Shown here: positions 16,957 through 27,286 of the stretch, piece after piece | How the letters are laid out: every line of letters begins with the position of its first letter | Position numbering within the stretch: position 1 is the first letter of the stretch | Assembly: GCA_024275135.1 (NCBI GenBank) | Contig: JAJRZS010000018.1 | Span: forward strand, 89,826-153,825 | DNA from: Planctomycetota bacterium | Lineage (GTDB): Bacteria; Planctomycetota; UBA1135 | Direction: 5' to 3' | DNA: 64,000 nucleotides | Translations under genes and position numbers: made by a program | The notes under the pieces: model-generated | Seen by the model: the letters and a program-made list of their open reading frames with translations, nothing else | The model's database searches: none | Told to the model about the DNA's origin: nothing

Positions 16957-18537
16957 ATGCAACATCACCCTTCTCGGGATGGGCAAACGGCGGACCACGA
17001 GGAGTTGCGTGCTGCCTTGCACCAAGCGGCTGACACGGTTGCCGATTACTTAAGCAATCTCGGACAGCAGCCGATTTTCCCTGCCCATCCGCAGGCCCCA
17101 CATGGCGCTTTGCTACCCGAGCATGGCCGTGATTTGGCTTCGGTTTTCGAAGTCACTTCCTCCTGGGCCGTAGCCAATGCAGTCCATGTTGGGCATCCAG
17201 GTTATGTGGGTCATATGGATTCGGGAGTGAATCCGGCGGCCATTCTGGGTGATTTTCTAGCCTCTGCGCTCAACCAAAACTTGCTCGCCTTTGAACTAGC
17301 CCCCGGCGCCACTTTACTGGAGAAAAAGCTGCTCCAACTTTTCGCCGAGGAAGCGGGTTTGCCAGCCACCGCGGGCGGGGTATTGACCACCGGCGGCACC
17401 ACCGCCAACCTCACCGCCTTGTTGCTTGCACGCGATGCCAAACGCCCCTCCGCCACCCGCCGGGGTCTTGCAGACTCACCACCGCTTTGCGTCCTCGCCT
17501 CTGCGGATGTGCATTATTCCATTGCCAAAGCCTGTGCCGTTTTGGGGTTGGGCAGTGAACATGTGATTGCGGTGGCCACCACCGGCCCCGCCCGGCGCCT
17601 GGATCCCGCAGATTTACCCCGAGCCATGGACACCGCCCGCGCACGTGGCTTAGAACCTGCAGCCGTGGTCGCCACCGCCGGTACCACCAGTTGCGGAGCC
17701 ATCGACCCGCTAACCGCCATCGCCGATTTCTGCGCCGCCGAAAACTTGTGGCTCCATGTCGACGCAGCCCATGGCGGTGCCTTGCTACTCCACCGCCAAG
17801 AAAAACGGCGATTGCAAGGCATCCATCGCGCCGACTCCATTACCTTGGATCCTCACAAATGGCTCTATGCGCCCAAAAGTGCCGGCATCTTGTTGGTGCG
17901 CCACAGCCAACAATTAAAAACAGCCCATTACGCAGCCCCCTACCTCGACCGCTTCAGCGACCACGGCGAAGCCTTGCCCGTCAGCCAAGGCCGCCGCGCT
18001 TTGGACGGCAGCCGACGCTTCGACGCCCTGAAGGTCTGGATGCTACTGTGCCACTATGGGCGCTCCGGAATCGAGAGTCTGCTTTCTAGCCGTCTTCAAC
18101 TCTCCCAAGATCTCCACCAAGCCCTCCTTGACCACCCCTTCTTTGCCCCCTGCCACCAACCCGACCTCAACGTTCAGGTCTTTCAGCCGCGCGATTCCGC
18201 ACAAATTGCCCATATTGCCGCTGCACACCGCCGCTTAGAGGCGGGAGGCCGCTTTTGGTCCTCCTATACCCGCCTCGATGGCCAACCCTGCCATCGCATG
18301 GTCCTGCTCAATGCCACCACCCAAATGGCCGATTTGGAACAACTTTTGAGGCATTTGCAAGCGGCTCACCTAACCCCGGCCAACTCCACCCGGCTCCCGC
18401 CATATCTGTGCCCAAAAGGGCGTAGCGTGGCCTCACGGGGGCTGTTACATTCTTCCCCTAGCCATCGCCCCAAAGGCGGTCGCCAAGTGGCTTTGGGTGA
18501 CCAACCCAATTCCACCGCCCCAAGCTCGGATCCCTAG
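16957..18537 (+). CDS. Group II pyridoxal-phosphate-dependent decarboxylase
   Basis: GGTTANLTALLLAR and SITLDPHKWLYAPKSAGILLV (PLP-Lys). Low-complexity C-terminal tail. GTG 16951 is an alternative start. Confidence 0.85.
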   Translation: MQHHPSRDGQTADHEELRAALHQAADTVADYLSNLGQQPIFPAHPQAPHGALLPEHGRDLASVFEVTSSWAVANAVHVGHPGYVGHMDSGVNPAAILGDFLASALNQNLLAFELAPGATLLEKKLLQLFAEEAGLPATAGGVLTTGGTTANLTALLLARDAKRPSATRRGLADSPPLCVLASADVHYSIAKACAVLGLGSEHVIAVATTGPARRLDPADLPRAMDTARARGLEPAAVVATAGTTSCGAIDPLTAIADFCAAENLWLHVDAAHGGALLLHRQEKRRLQGIHRADSITLDPHKWLYAPKSAGILLVRHSQQLKTAHYAAPYLDRFSDHGEALPVSQGRRALDGSRRFDALKVWMLLCHYGRSGIESLLSSRLQLSQDLHQALLDHPFFAPCHQPDLNVQVFQPRDSAQIAHIAAAHRRLEAGGRFWSSYTRLDGQPCHRMVLLNATTQMADLEQLLRHLQAAHLTPANSTRLPPYLCPKGRSVASRGLLHSSPSHRPKGGRQVALGDQPNSTAPSSDP

Positions 18538-18545
18538 CTTTCCCC

Positions 18546-21179
18546 ATGAACAGAACCCTGAAATCGGCTTCTTGCCTAAGCCTATGCCTAGCCTTTTTGG
18601 TTTTGGGCTGTGCTTCTCCTGAGTCCTCCACTGACGAGGGCGAAGCTCTTTACTCCTCCACTCCCGAGCAACCCATGATGGATGCTGCCGCGGAGCAGAG
18701 CGATGCCGAAGTCTTAGCGCAAGGTATCCAACAAGACGCATTGCGCGATCAAAAAGTTGCGCTGTTAGTGCGTGAGCATGTCATGAGTGCGCGCATGGCC
18801 TATGCCGACGCACGCTTGCTCGAAGCGGAAAACGATTTGCTCGCAGCTTTAAAACTGGATCCCACGGCAAAAGATGCTCGTGCCTTGCTGGAGCAAGTGC
18901 AGGTGGCTTTGGGCAAAGCCAACGCCGACATCACCGGTTCTAGCGATGATGTGCGCGAACAAACCATGGCCCGTGCTGCTCGCCTCCGTGCTGATGCCGA
19001 AGCTAATTTGCAGGCCGGTCGCAACTACCTGATGGAAGGCAACTACGATGTCGCCATCGGCAAATTGCGTTTGGCTCGTAGCATTATCCAAGGTTCGGAT
19101 TTGCGCATTGATTGGGGCGGTATGGGTACTGAGGTCGAGAGCCTACTCAACCAAGCAGAAAATGAGCGTGAGATGGCGATGGCTGCCCAACGCGATGCCG
19201 CAGCTCGGGCCACCTTTGAGGCCTTGCAGGAAAAGCGTCAGCTGGAATTGGAGCGCCGGAACCTGCGCCTCGACGCCATGCTCGCTGACGCCATTCAGGC
19301 CTTTGACAACTACAAGTTTGATCAAAGCATCGGCCTTTGCGAAGACATCCTCCGCGAAGACCCCCTCAACGCCCGCGCACGCGAACTTATCACCACCGCG
19401 CAAAAAGCCCGCCACACCAACATCGAAGAATCTTGGGTGCAAAAGCGCAGCGAGCGCTATCAAAATTGGCTCACGGAAATTGAAGAAGCGCGGGTGTTGA
19501 GCACCGAAATCATGCAGATGCCCGATCCTGCGCATTGGAAGCGCATTTCCGACTTGCGAGAATCCTTCCGCGTCGCCAACGCCGATGATGAAGATTCCGA
19601 GCTCAACCTGGGCCTCATGCGCGACATCACCGAGCAGCGCATTCCAAGCCTAATTTTCGAAGGCGAAACTTCGCTGGAAACGGTTATCGACCAATTGCGC
19701 ACATTCACCAGCATCCCCTTCGTCGTCACTCCCGACGCCGTCGATGCTGTGGACAGTGAAGGCATCGAGTTCAACCTCAACATGACTCATGAGTTGAGCG
19801 TGGCCAACGCCCTCAACATCATCACTGAAGTTGCCGGTCCTGGAGTTACCTACACCTTCCGTCATGGGGTGGTCTACATCACCTCCACCGAGAAGGCCCA
19901 CAACAACTTGGTCTTGCGCCCCCACGAAATCCGCGACCTCACCGCCATGGTGGTCGATCACGCGGGGCCGAAGATTCAAGAAATTCGTCTTCCCGACGGC
20001 GAATACGACGATGAGGATGGCCCCCAGTTTGGTGGTCCGATTGGCGAAGCCGTTCCGCTCATGGATCCTGACAACCTCGTCACCCTAGTTCAGCAAGGAG
20101 TTGCCACGGGCACCTGGGAGAACGATGGGGTCAGCATTCAAGCCATGAACGGCCAGCTGTTTGTGCGTCAAACCCCAGAAGTCCACCAAGAAATCGAAGA
20201 CTTCCTTGCTGGATTCCGCCGCTACACCTCATCCATGGTCAATATTGAGGCCAAGTTCCTCACCATCACCAAGGATTACCTTCAAGAAATCGGTGTGGAT
20301 TGGCGCGGCAATGGCGGCAACTCCACAGCTTTGGATTTGGTCAATCTCGACGATGTCACTTCCGGCTTTGACGATAACGCCTCCTTGGCCCTCGACAATG
20401 ATGGTCCTGGCTTGCCCTCCGGCGCCGATTCCAATCCATCTGCCGGTGCCTACTTCAACGACTTCACAGATGGCGATTTGCGCGTGCGTACGGAAAACAT
20501 CCTCGGAGCTTATGGTGCTCGTTTAGGCACCACCGGTGGTCTGGCCATGCAACTCTCCTTCCTGGACGATTTGCAATACAGTTTGATTCTCAACGCGGTG
20601 GAGAAAAACCAGCATGCTCAGGAGCTCACCTCCACCATTTTGTCGGCGCAAAACACCCAACGCGCCTACGCCACGATGCTCAACCAAATCACCTATGTGC
20701 AGGATTTCGATGTGGAAGTCGCCTTGGCGTCCTTCATCGCCGATCCCATCATTGGTGTGATTTCGGACGGCATTGTGCTGGATGTGCGCCCCACCATTGC
20801 TCAGAACCGCAAATACATCACTTTGGAGCTACGCCCCACCGTCGCCACCATCGTGCAGCCCATTACCGAGTTCACCTCCTCCTTGGCGGCCCTCACCGTC
20901 CCCATCACCATCCAACTTCCCGAGTTGCAAATCTCCTCGGCGAATACCACGGTGGTGGTCCCCGATGGCGGTACGGTTGTCATTGGTGGCTTGAAGAAGC
21001 TGTTCAACATTGATCAGCGCGCGGAAATCCCTTTCCTCTCCGACATTCCCGTCCTCAGTTTGCTGTTCAAGACGGAGGGAGAGGCCGAGGAGAATAAGGA
21101 CGTCATCCTGATGATTCGCGCTACCATCATCGATGCCAACGAGATGCAAGACGCTCTCGACGCCAGCCTCGGCAACTAA
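18546..21179 (+). CDS. Secretin (paralogue of 8359-10920) with lipobox and N-terminal TPR region
   Basis: Signal peptide ending FLVLGC. TPR-like units (AGRNYLMEGNYDVAIGKLRLA; FDQSIGLCEDILREDPLNARA). QLFVRQTPEVHQEIEDFLAGF. Core AKFLTITKDYLQEIGVDW...GGTVVIGGLKK...IPFLSDIPVLSLLF. Confidence 0.9.
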   Translation: MNRTLKSASCLSLCLAFLVLGCASPESSTDEGEALYSSTPEQPMMDAAAEQSDAEVLAQGIQQDALRDQKVALLVREHVMSARMAYADARLLEAENDLLAALKLDPTAKDARALLEQVQVALGKANADITGSSDDVREQTMARAARLRADAEANLQAGRNYLMEGNYDVAIGKLRLARSIIQGSDLRIDWGGMGTEVESLLNQAENEREMAMAAQRDAAARATFEALQEKRQLELERRNLRLDAMLADAIQAFDNYKFDQSIGLCEDILREDPLNARARELITTAQKARHTNIEESWVQKRSERYQNWLTEIEEARVLSTEIMQMPDPAHWKRISDLRESFRVANADDEDSELNLGLMRDITEQRIPSLIFEGETSLETVIDQLRTFTSIPFVVTPDAVDAVDSEGIEFNLNMTHELSVANALNIITEVAGPGVTYTFRHGVVYITSTEKAHNNLVLRPHEIRDLTAMVVDHAGPKIQEIRLPDGEYDDEDGPQFGGPIGEAVPLMDPDNLVTLVQQGVATGTWENDGVSIQAMNGQLFVRQTPEVHQEIEDFLAGFRRYTSSMVNIEAKFLTITKDYLQEIGVDWRGNGGNSTALDLVNLDDVTSGFDDNASLALDNDGPGLPSGADSNPSAGAYFNDFTDGDLRVRTENILGAYGARLGTTGGLAMQLSFLDDLQYSLILNAVEKNQHAQELTSTILSAQNTQRAYATMLNQITYVQDFDVEVALASFIADPIIGVISDGIVLDVRPTIAQNRKYITLELRPTVATIVQPITEFTSSLAALTVPITIQLPELQISSANTTVVVPDGGTVVIGGLKKLFNIDQRAEIPFLSDIPVLSLLFKTEGEAEENKDVILMIRATIIDANEMQDALDASLGN

Positions 21180-21185
21180 CCCTTC

Positions 21186-21222
21186 ACCGCCTTCTTCCCA
21201 CCCGGGAGAGGGCGGTTTTTTT
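21186..21222 (+). terminator. Rho-independent terminator closing locus A
   Basis: ACCGCCTTCTTCC / GGGAGAGGGCGGT 13-bp stem (two G-U pairs), 5-nt loop, then TTTTTTT. Confidence 0.75.
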
Positions 21223-21955
21223 ATACCGACAGTCCGTAGTGCTCAGCCAACAAGTGGCGCAACTCGACAAAATCCTCCAGCACATGGGTGGGTGCCGTGT
21301 GTGGTGGAGTGCGCGAATGCTTGCCCGTACCTCGAATCCATACCGTACGTAAGCCAGCAGCGTTGGCCGGGTCGACATCGTGGAAAGGATGGTCGCCCAC
21401 ATGCATGACTTCAGCCGCTGGGACTCCGGCCACCTCAATGCAGCGGGTGTAAAGCATGGGGTTGGATTTGGCGATACCAACAGCATCGGTAATAAACAAC
21501 AGCTCGGGATCGATATAGCGGTCCACCCCAAGCCGCAATAGTTTCTCGATTTGCTTATGCACCAAACCAGCACTAATCACGCCCAACCGCAAATCGGTAG
21601 CCGCCAAAGCTTGCAATAACTCTTCGGCTGCTGGGCGGATGCGAAGCTCCTGCCATTTGGCATTGTGATAGGCAATCACCCCGGCCACCACAATTAAATC
21701 GCGGTTGCCGCCAGCAGTTGCCGCAGCTGGCAGACGCTTAAGCAGTCGGTTGTAGTGGTGATCATCATTGGAACCAAATTCAGCCACGATTTGGTTCAAC
21801 TCTTCGAGCACCAAAGCCGCATCCGCCTTCAAGCCATGAGCACACATGGCCTCGACCGCCTTGGCGCGCGCCTTTTGAACGAAATCCGAAGTGCCGAACA
21901 AGGTGTCATCAATATCCAAGAAGATGACTTTCAGCGGCGGAGGAGCAACAGTCAT
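21221..21955 (-). CDS. HAD-superfamily hydrolase
   Basis: VIFLDIDDTLF (DxDxT) and HVGDHPFHDV motifs. Confidence 0.8.
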   Translation of the reverse strand: MTVAPPPLKVIFLDIDDTLFGTSDFVQKARAKAVEAMCAHGLKADAALVLEELNQIVAEFGSNDDHHYNRLLKRLPAAATAGGNRDLIVVAGVIAYHNAKWQELRIRPAAEELLQALAATDLRLGVISAGLVHKQIEKLLRLGVDRYIDPELLFITDAVGIAKSNPMLYTRCIEVAGVPAAEVMHVGDHPFHDVDPANAAGLRTVWIRGTGKHSRTPPHTAPTHVLEDFVELRHLLAEHYGLSV

Positions 21956-23571
21956 GCTTTGGAGTGTACAGCCCGAGCCGCTGCTAGCAGACGCTTGGTA
22001 TAAGGATGTTCAGGCGCCTGCAAGATCTCACCGGCCTTCCCCTGCTCCACAATCAAGCCTTCACGCATCACCGCCACACGGTCGGCAAAATGGCGCACCG
22101 CATCCAAATCATGGGTGATAAACAAATAGGCCATGCCATGAAGACTCTGCAAATCCGTGAGCAACTCCAGAATTTGCTCTTGAATCGGCGCATCCAGCGC
22201 GGAAATGGCTTCATCGCAAATCACCAATTGAGGCTCGAGGGCGATGGCGCGGGCAATCGCCACACGCTGGCACTGACCACCACTGAGTTGGGCGGGAAAG
22301 GCATCGGCTTGGTCGGGGCCTAAGCCCACTTGCGCAAGGAGTGCCAGTGCCCGCTGGCGATGGTGTTTCCGCTGCTCCCGCTGATGCACCCGGAGCGGCT
22401 CGGCAACACTCTGCCAAGCGCGCATGCGTGGATTGAGAGCAGAGACAGGGTCTTGGGAAACCATGCCGACATGCCTTCTCAGCGGCCTTAGCTGGGCTTG
22501 GCTGAGGGACGACCAGTCCACCTCTCGCCCATCAGGCAAGCGCCACAAAATACCGCCCTCGGCAAAGGGCAACATCCTTAACAAGGCGCGTCCAAGCGTG
22601 GTCTTGCCACTGCCAGATTCCCCCACCAAGGCCAGGGTCTCCCCCGGGTAGATGGCCAAATCAACTCCCCGGACTGCAAGATGGGAGTCGCCCCCGGCTT
22701 GGCCTGGATAGCGCACTTTAAGGGCAAAGATCCGACAAAGAGGTTCGGCTGAAGCCGTTTCCTCTGCGATTTTCGGAGTTTGCGCCTGCAAAGCGGCCTG
22801 CACCAACTCCTGGGTATGCGGATGCTCGGGCCGACGAAACAAATTCTGTGGCGTGCCCCGCTCCACCAGTTTGCCCCCATACATCACCAGCACTTCTTGG
22901 CAAAAGGAGCGCACAAGCTGCAGGTCGTGACTAATCCACAACATGGCCAAGCCACGCTGTTGCCGCAGGCGCTCCAGCAAGGCCAATATCTGCTCCTGCA
23001 CCGTGACGTCCAAAGCCGTGGTTGGCTCATCGGCAACCAGAAGTTGTGGATTCCCGGCCAAAGCTGCAGCAATCAACACGCGCTGGCGCTGTCCGCCGCT
23101 CAATTGATGCGGATAACGACGCAGCATTTTCTCGGCGTCGGGGAGCTCCACTTCTCGTAACAACTCCAACACGCGCGCTTTGCGCTGGGCCCGACTCCAT
23201 TGCGGAAAGTGGGTACTCACCACTTCCTCCACTTGTCGCCCCACTCGCAGCACTGGGTTCAAGGCCGAAGCCGGATCCTGAAAAATATAGGCGACCTCAG
23301 CACCCCGCAAGGAACGCAACTGACGCTCGGAATAGGAACTGATTTCTTTGCCTTGCAGCCGAATGCTGCCTTCGCGGCGCCGTACCCCAAGCGGCAACAA
23401 ATTCATCAAAGCCAAGGCGGTTAGGGTTTTGCCGCTGCCCGAGGCGCCGACCAAAGCCACCGCACGCCCCGGCCACAAACGAAAGCTCACCTCCTCCACC
23501 AGAGGAAGATGAGGTGCGTCAGCTCGTTCCAGAGCCAAATCAGCAACCTCGAGCAGGGGGATTTCGTCCAC
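21952..23571 (-). CDS. Fused double-ATPase subunit of peptide ABC importer (YejF/GsiA-like)
   Basis: Two Walker A motifs ([16 protein letters not shown]) and two signatures ([16 protein letters not shown]) in one 539-aa chain. Confidence 0.9.
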   Translation of the reverse strand: MDEIPLLEVADLALERADAPHLPLVEEVSFRLWPGRAVALVGASGSGKTLTALALMNLLPLGVRRREGSIRLQGKEISSYSERQLRSLRGAEVAYIFQDPASALNPVLRVGRQVEEVVSTHFPQWSRAQRKARVLELLREVELPDAEKMLRRYPHQLSGGQRQRVLIAAALAGNPQLLVADEPTTALDVTVQEQILALLERLRQQRGLAMLWISHDLQLVRSFCQEVLVMYGGKLVERGTPQNLFRRPEHPHTQELVQAALQAQTPKIAEETASAEPLCRIFALKVRYPGQAGGDSHLAVRGVDLAIYPGETLALVGESGSGKTTLGRALLRMLPFAEGGILWRLPDGREVDWSSLSQAQLRPLRRHVGMVSQDPVSALNPRMRAWQSVAEPLRVHQREQRKHHRQRALALLAQVGLGPDQADAFPAQLSGGQCQRVAIARAIALEPQLVICDEAISALDAPIQEQILELLTDLQSLHGMAYLFITHDLDAVRHFADRVAVMREGLIVEQGKAGEILQAPEHPYTKRLLAAARAVHSKA

Positions 23572-23626
23572 CCTGCGATTATACGCTGCGTCCTCCCCTG
23601 ATTCCCCCTGGCCCTCCGGTTATCCT

Positions 23627-25168
23627 TTGAACGTGCCGCACTCCCCAGGCCAAAACCCACGCTTTCGAGTCGTCCTGCTGCTGCTCCTATGCCTAGGCTG
23701 CCAGCGGCAGGACGCGGCCGACTTGGTGGTGGCCAATGGCCCGGATGTGGAAAGCTTGGATCCTCAAATTGCCACCAGCACGGCCGCGGTGCGTTTGTTT
23801 GCCGCCATTTTCGAAGGCCTCACCCGCCTCGATCCCCGAGATTGTTCGCTGCTTCCTGGCCTCGCCGCGTCCTGGCAGAAAATGGATGCGGAAGGCCGCA
23901 GCTGGAGCTTCCGTTTGCGACCGCATTTGCGCTGGTCGGACGGCAGCCCCCTCAGCGTCGAAGATGTGCGTGCTTCCTGGCTGCGCTTAGCCAATCCGCA
24001 GACGGGAGCAACGTATGCGGCATGGATGCAAGGTGCCAGCATCCAGGTCCATGCACAGTCGGACACCATCGACATCACCTTCCCCCAACCCATGCCCATG
24101 TTCGATCGAATGTGCGCCTTTCCTGCGCTCGCGCCCATCCCTTCCTCTCTACGCCAAGCTCCACCGGGCACTGCCCCCAATCCCTTGCCCTGCAGCGGTC
24201 CCTACCAACTGCAAGAACGACGCCTTCGCCACCGCATTCGCGTGCGCAAGAATCCATTCTCCTATCGCCACAATGAGGTTCTCTGTTCCACCATTGATTT
24301 CCTCAGTGTCGAAGCCCAATACACTGCACTCAATCTATTCCTTAGCGGGGAGGTGCAATATGTGCCCAATGTTCCCGACTTGGCGGTGCCAGCGATTCGC
24401 CAACAACTGCCTGAATCCTTTACTCCGAATCCTCAGTTCGCCACCTACTTTATTCGTTTCCAAATCAAAGATAGCCCCTTTCAAGACCGCGACCTGCGCC
24501 TCGCATTCAGCCAAGCCATTCACCGCCAGGAACTCGCTGCCAGCGTCGGTGGCCTGCGTCCAGCCGCCAACACCTTGGTGCCGCCCTTGCTTGATTCCTA
24601 TCCTCCGGCAACCGCTCCCGCTTGGGATTTAGCGGCCGCCCAAGAAGCCCTCCAACGCTATCGCCAACACCATCCAGGCCCACTCCCTTATTTGGAATAC
24701 CTCTATCCATCTTCCGATTTTCACCGCGCCCTTGCCGAAGCTCTACAACAACAGTGGGCCAAATATTTGGGTGTTCCTGTGGCGATTGTCAATCAAGAGG
24801 CCAAATCCTTTTTTCCCGCGCAACGCGCATTGGATTACCAAATGAGCCACTCTAGCTGGGTGGGCGATTATTTGGATCCTTCCACCTTTCTCGATATTTT
24901 CCAAGCGCAAAGCGGTAACAATCGTACGGGTTTTGCCGATGAGCATTATGATGAATTGCTGCAATGGGCTGCTGCAAGTGGCGATTCGGTTATGCGCATG
25001 GAACTCTTGTCTGTTGCCGAAACCTATCTGTTAGAACAATCGATTCTTTGCCCCTTACTTTATGATGTCGACCAATCCCTCATCGCACCCAACATTCAGG
25101 GCTTCCACCGTAACGCCCAAGGCTATGTAGATTGGGCGCAACTAAACCCCGGAGTACAAGCCCCATGA
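23627..25168 (+). CDS. Peptide/nickel ABC substrate-binding protein (family 5)
   Basis: Signal peptide with Cys (LLLLLCLGC); ~510 aa; upstream of two Dpp/Opp-type permeases. TTG start is uncertain. Confidence 0.8.
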   Translation: MNVPHSPGQNPRFRVVLLLLLCLGCQRQDAADLVVANGPDVESLDPQIATSTAAVRLFAAIFEGLTRLDPRDCSLLPGLAASWQKMDAEGRSWSFRLRPHLRWSDGSPLSVEDVRASWLRLANPQTGATYAAWMQGASIQVHAQSDTIDITFPQPMPMFDRMCAFPALAPIPSSLRQAPPGTAPNPLPCSGPYQLQERRLRHRIRVRKNPFSYRHNEVLCSTIDFLSVEAQYTALNLFLSGEVQYVPNVPDLAVPAIRQQLPESFTPNPQFATYFIRFQIKDSPFQDRDLRLAFSQAIHRQELAASVGGLRPAANTLVPPLLDSYPPATAPAWDLAAAQEALQRYRQHHPGPLPYLEYLYPSSDFHRALAEALQQQWAKYLGVPVAIVNQEAKSFFPAQRALDYQMSHSSWVGDYLDPSTFLDIFQAQSGNNRTGFADEHYDELLQWAAASGDSVMRMELLSVAETYLLEQSILCPLLYDVDQSLIAPNIQGFHRNAQGYVDWAQLNPGVQAP

Positions 25169-26085
25169 AAAGACGTCTGGCGCTGCGTCTTTTAGCCTGG
25201 GTTGCTAGCATTATGTTGGTTCATGCGGCAGCCTTTTTTATGCTGCGTTCCACCCGCGGTGGCCCCTTCGATCAAAGCCGTGCGCTAGACCCCGTCGTCA
25301 TGCAGGCTTTGCAACAACGCTATGGCCTAGACGACCCTCCCGCCCTCCAATACCTTCATGCAGTCCAAGGTCTATTGCATGGAGATTTTGGTCCCTCTCT
25401 GCGCTACCGCGACACCCAAGTCTCCACACTCCTGGCGGAAGCCTTTCCCGTATCTTTGCTCCTCGGTAGCGGTGCCCTCCTCCTCGCCTTACTGTTTGGC
25501 ATTCCGGCTGGCCTCCATGTTGCCAGACGACGCCATCAAAACCGCCATTCCGCCCTCCCCTTGTGCGGCACCGTTTTTCTCTCTCTTCCCAATTTCGCCA
25601 TCGCCGCGGCCTTATTGGTTCTCTTTAGTTTTCACAGCTTTCACTTACCTCCTGCAGGCTGGGGTCAGCTGCGCTACCTGTTGTTGCCATGGCTGTCCCT
25701 CTCCATCCCCTTGGCTGCCCAAATCATGTTCTTGGTGCGTAGCCGAGCCGAAGAGGCTTATCAGAGTTTGGCCGTGCGTCAGGCCATGGCTGCTGGCCTC
25801 AGTCCCCGCCACATCCGTCGCCATTACATCCTGCGACCGAGTTTAAGCACCGTGTGCGCCTTTCTAGGCCCTGCAGCAGCCGCTGTTTTAACCGGCTCTT
25901 TAGTTATCGAGCAAATCTTTGCACTCCCCGGACTGGGCACCTTTTTCGTTCAAGCCGCTTTGGCCCGCGACTACACCTTGGCCCTCGGCGTGACCGTGGT
26001 TTACACCGCACTGCTTGGCTTCTGCACTTTGCTGGCGGACATCGCGACTTCCCTTCTGGATCCGAGAATGGAGGCTTTGTCATGA
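25165..26085 (+). CDS. Peptide ABC permease (DppB/OppB/YejB-like)
   Basis: ATGA overlap with the SBP stop; multi-TM; permease loop AVRQAMAAGLSPRHIRRHYILRPSL. Confidence 0.9.
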   Translation: MKRRLALRLLAWVASIMLVHAAAFFMLRSTRGGPFDQSRALDPVVMQALQQRYGLDDPPALQYLHAVQGLLHGDFGPSLRYRDTQVSTLLAEAFPVSLLLGSGALLLALLFGIPAGLHVARRRHQNRHSALPLCGTVFLSLPNFAIAAALLVLFSFHSFHLPPAGWGQLRYLLLPWLSLSIPLAAQIMFLVRSRAEEAYQSLAVRQAMAAGLSPRHIRRHYILRPSLSTVCAFLGPAAAAVLTGSLVIEQIFALPGLGTFFVQAALARDYTLALGVTVVYTALLGFCTLLADIATSLLDPRMEALS

Positions 26086-26915
26086 AATCTTGGCCTTCGC
26101 GTTGCGCTTGGGGTTTTCTACTGTTGCTGGCCGTACTCGCTTTCGCCGCCCCGTATTTGCCGATTGCGGATTACCGCGCGATGCACACAGATAGCCGTCT
26201 GCTTCCGCCGCAATGGATTCATGCCCCGTTTCTTGGCACCGATGCTCACGGCCGCGATCTGCTGGCACGCATGCTTTGGGGTTCGCGCATCTCCCTTGCC
26301 ATTGGCCTTTTTGGCTCCTGCATCGCCATGCTCCTTGGCGTCCCCTTTGGATTATGGGCAGGCTTTTCCGGCGGACGCTGGGATCGCTTGCTTATGCGCC
26401 TCGCCGACGCCTTAGAAAGTATCCCGATGGTGGTGTTTGTGCTGTTTTTGCTTTCCATTTTGCAGGAATACCGAGCAGAAATGGCCGCCCTGGGCTTTGG
26501 ACGACTGCATCTCTTTTATTTTGCGGTTGGGGTGTTGTTTTGGATTCCAACAGCACGCGTGGCACGGGCCGAGGCTTTACGTCTCAAATCGCAAGCCTTT
26601 GTACAAGCAGGCCTGGCCCAAGGCCTGTCGCAAACAAGTCTGATGCGCCGGCATCTCTTGCCCAACATGCTTCCCACCCTCAAAGTGATGTTGTTGCTAA
26701 CGGTTCCCCGGGTCATTTTGATGGAAGCCTTTTTGAGCTTCCTTGGCTTAGGCGTCGAGCCGCCGGCTGTATCCTGGGGTAGTCTCGCAAGTGAAGGGCT
26801 TGCCGCACTCAGCCCCTTAGTTCATGCACAGTGGTTGGTTTTTTTGCCCAGCGGCGCCATTGCTTGTACCTTGATCGCCCTGCAAGTGGCCGTACAAGAA
26901 AAACGCAAGCACTAA
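26082..26915 (+). CDS. Peptide ABC permease (DppC/OppC/YejE-like)
   Basis: ATGA overlap with the previous stop; loop FVQAGLAQGLSQTSLMRRHLLPNMLP. Confidence 0.9.
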   Translation: MKSWPSRCAWGFLLLLAVLAFAAPYLPIADYRAMHTDSRLLPPQWIHAPFLGTDAHGRDLLARMLWGSRISLAIGLFGSCIAMLLGVPFGLWAGFSGGRWDRLLMRLADALESIPMVVFVLFLLSILQEYRAEMAALGFGRLHLFYFAVGVLFWIPTARVARAEALRLKSQAFVQAGLAQGLSQTSLMRRHLLPNMLPTLKVMLLLTVPRVILMEAFLSFLGLGVEPPAVSWGSLASEGLAALSPLVHAQWLVFLPSGAIACTLIALQVAVQEKRKH

Positions 26916-27286
26916 GACTTCTTCGCGATGACATCAATTTCTACCCGCAGGTCACGCGGCAGCCGCTGCACTTCTACACAGGATCGCGCTGGTTGGTGGC
27001 CTTCCATAAACTCGCTGTACACCTCATTCATCTGCGCAAATTCATCCATGTCGGCCAGGTAAACCGTGGCTTTCACCACGTCTTGCAATGTGCAACCTGC
27101 TGCCGCAAGGATGGCCTTGAGGTTGGTAAAGGTTTGCCGAGTTTGCTTCACAATATCTTCCCCAGCGAGTTCATTTTGCGCAGTGAGCCCCACGCAACCA
27201 CTGCTAAAGACCCATCCATCCATTTCGATGGCCTGGCTATAGGGACCAATAGCTTGGGAAGCGTTTGCGGTATGAATGGTTTTCAT
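26912..27286 (-). CDS. ridA: RidA/YjgF-family reactive-intermediate deaminase
   Basis: AIGPYSQAI...VKATVYL.DM.DF..MNEVY...PARSCVEV..LP full-length match of family pattern; 124 aa. Confidence 0.9.
   Translation of the reverse strand: MKTIHTANASQAIGPYSQAIEMDGWVFSSGCVGLTAQNELAGEDIVKQTRQTFTNLKAILAAAGCTLQDVVKATVYLADMDEFAQMNEVYSEFMEGHQPARSCVEVQRLPRDLRVEIDVIAKKS

Noticed and set aside
21952-26915. Peptide ABC importer (fused ATPase divergent from the SBP and two permeases) as part of the novel system
   Set aside because: This is an ordinary Yej/Gsi/Dpp-type architecture with all four functions present. It is separated from locus A by a strong terminator and a HAD gene.
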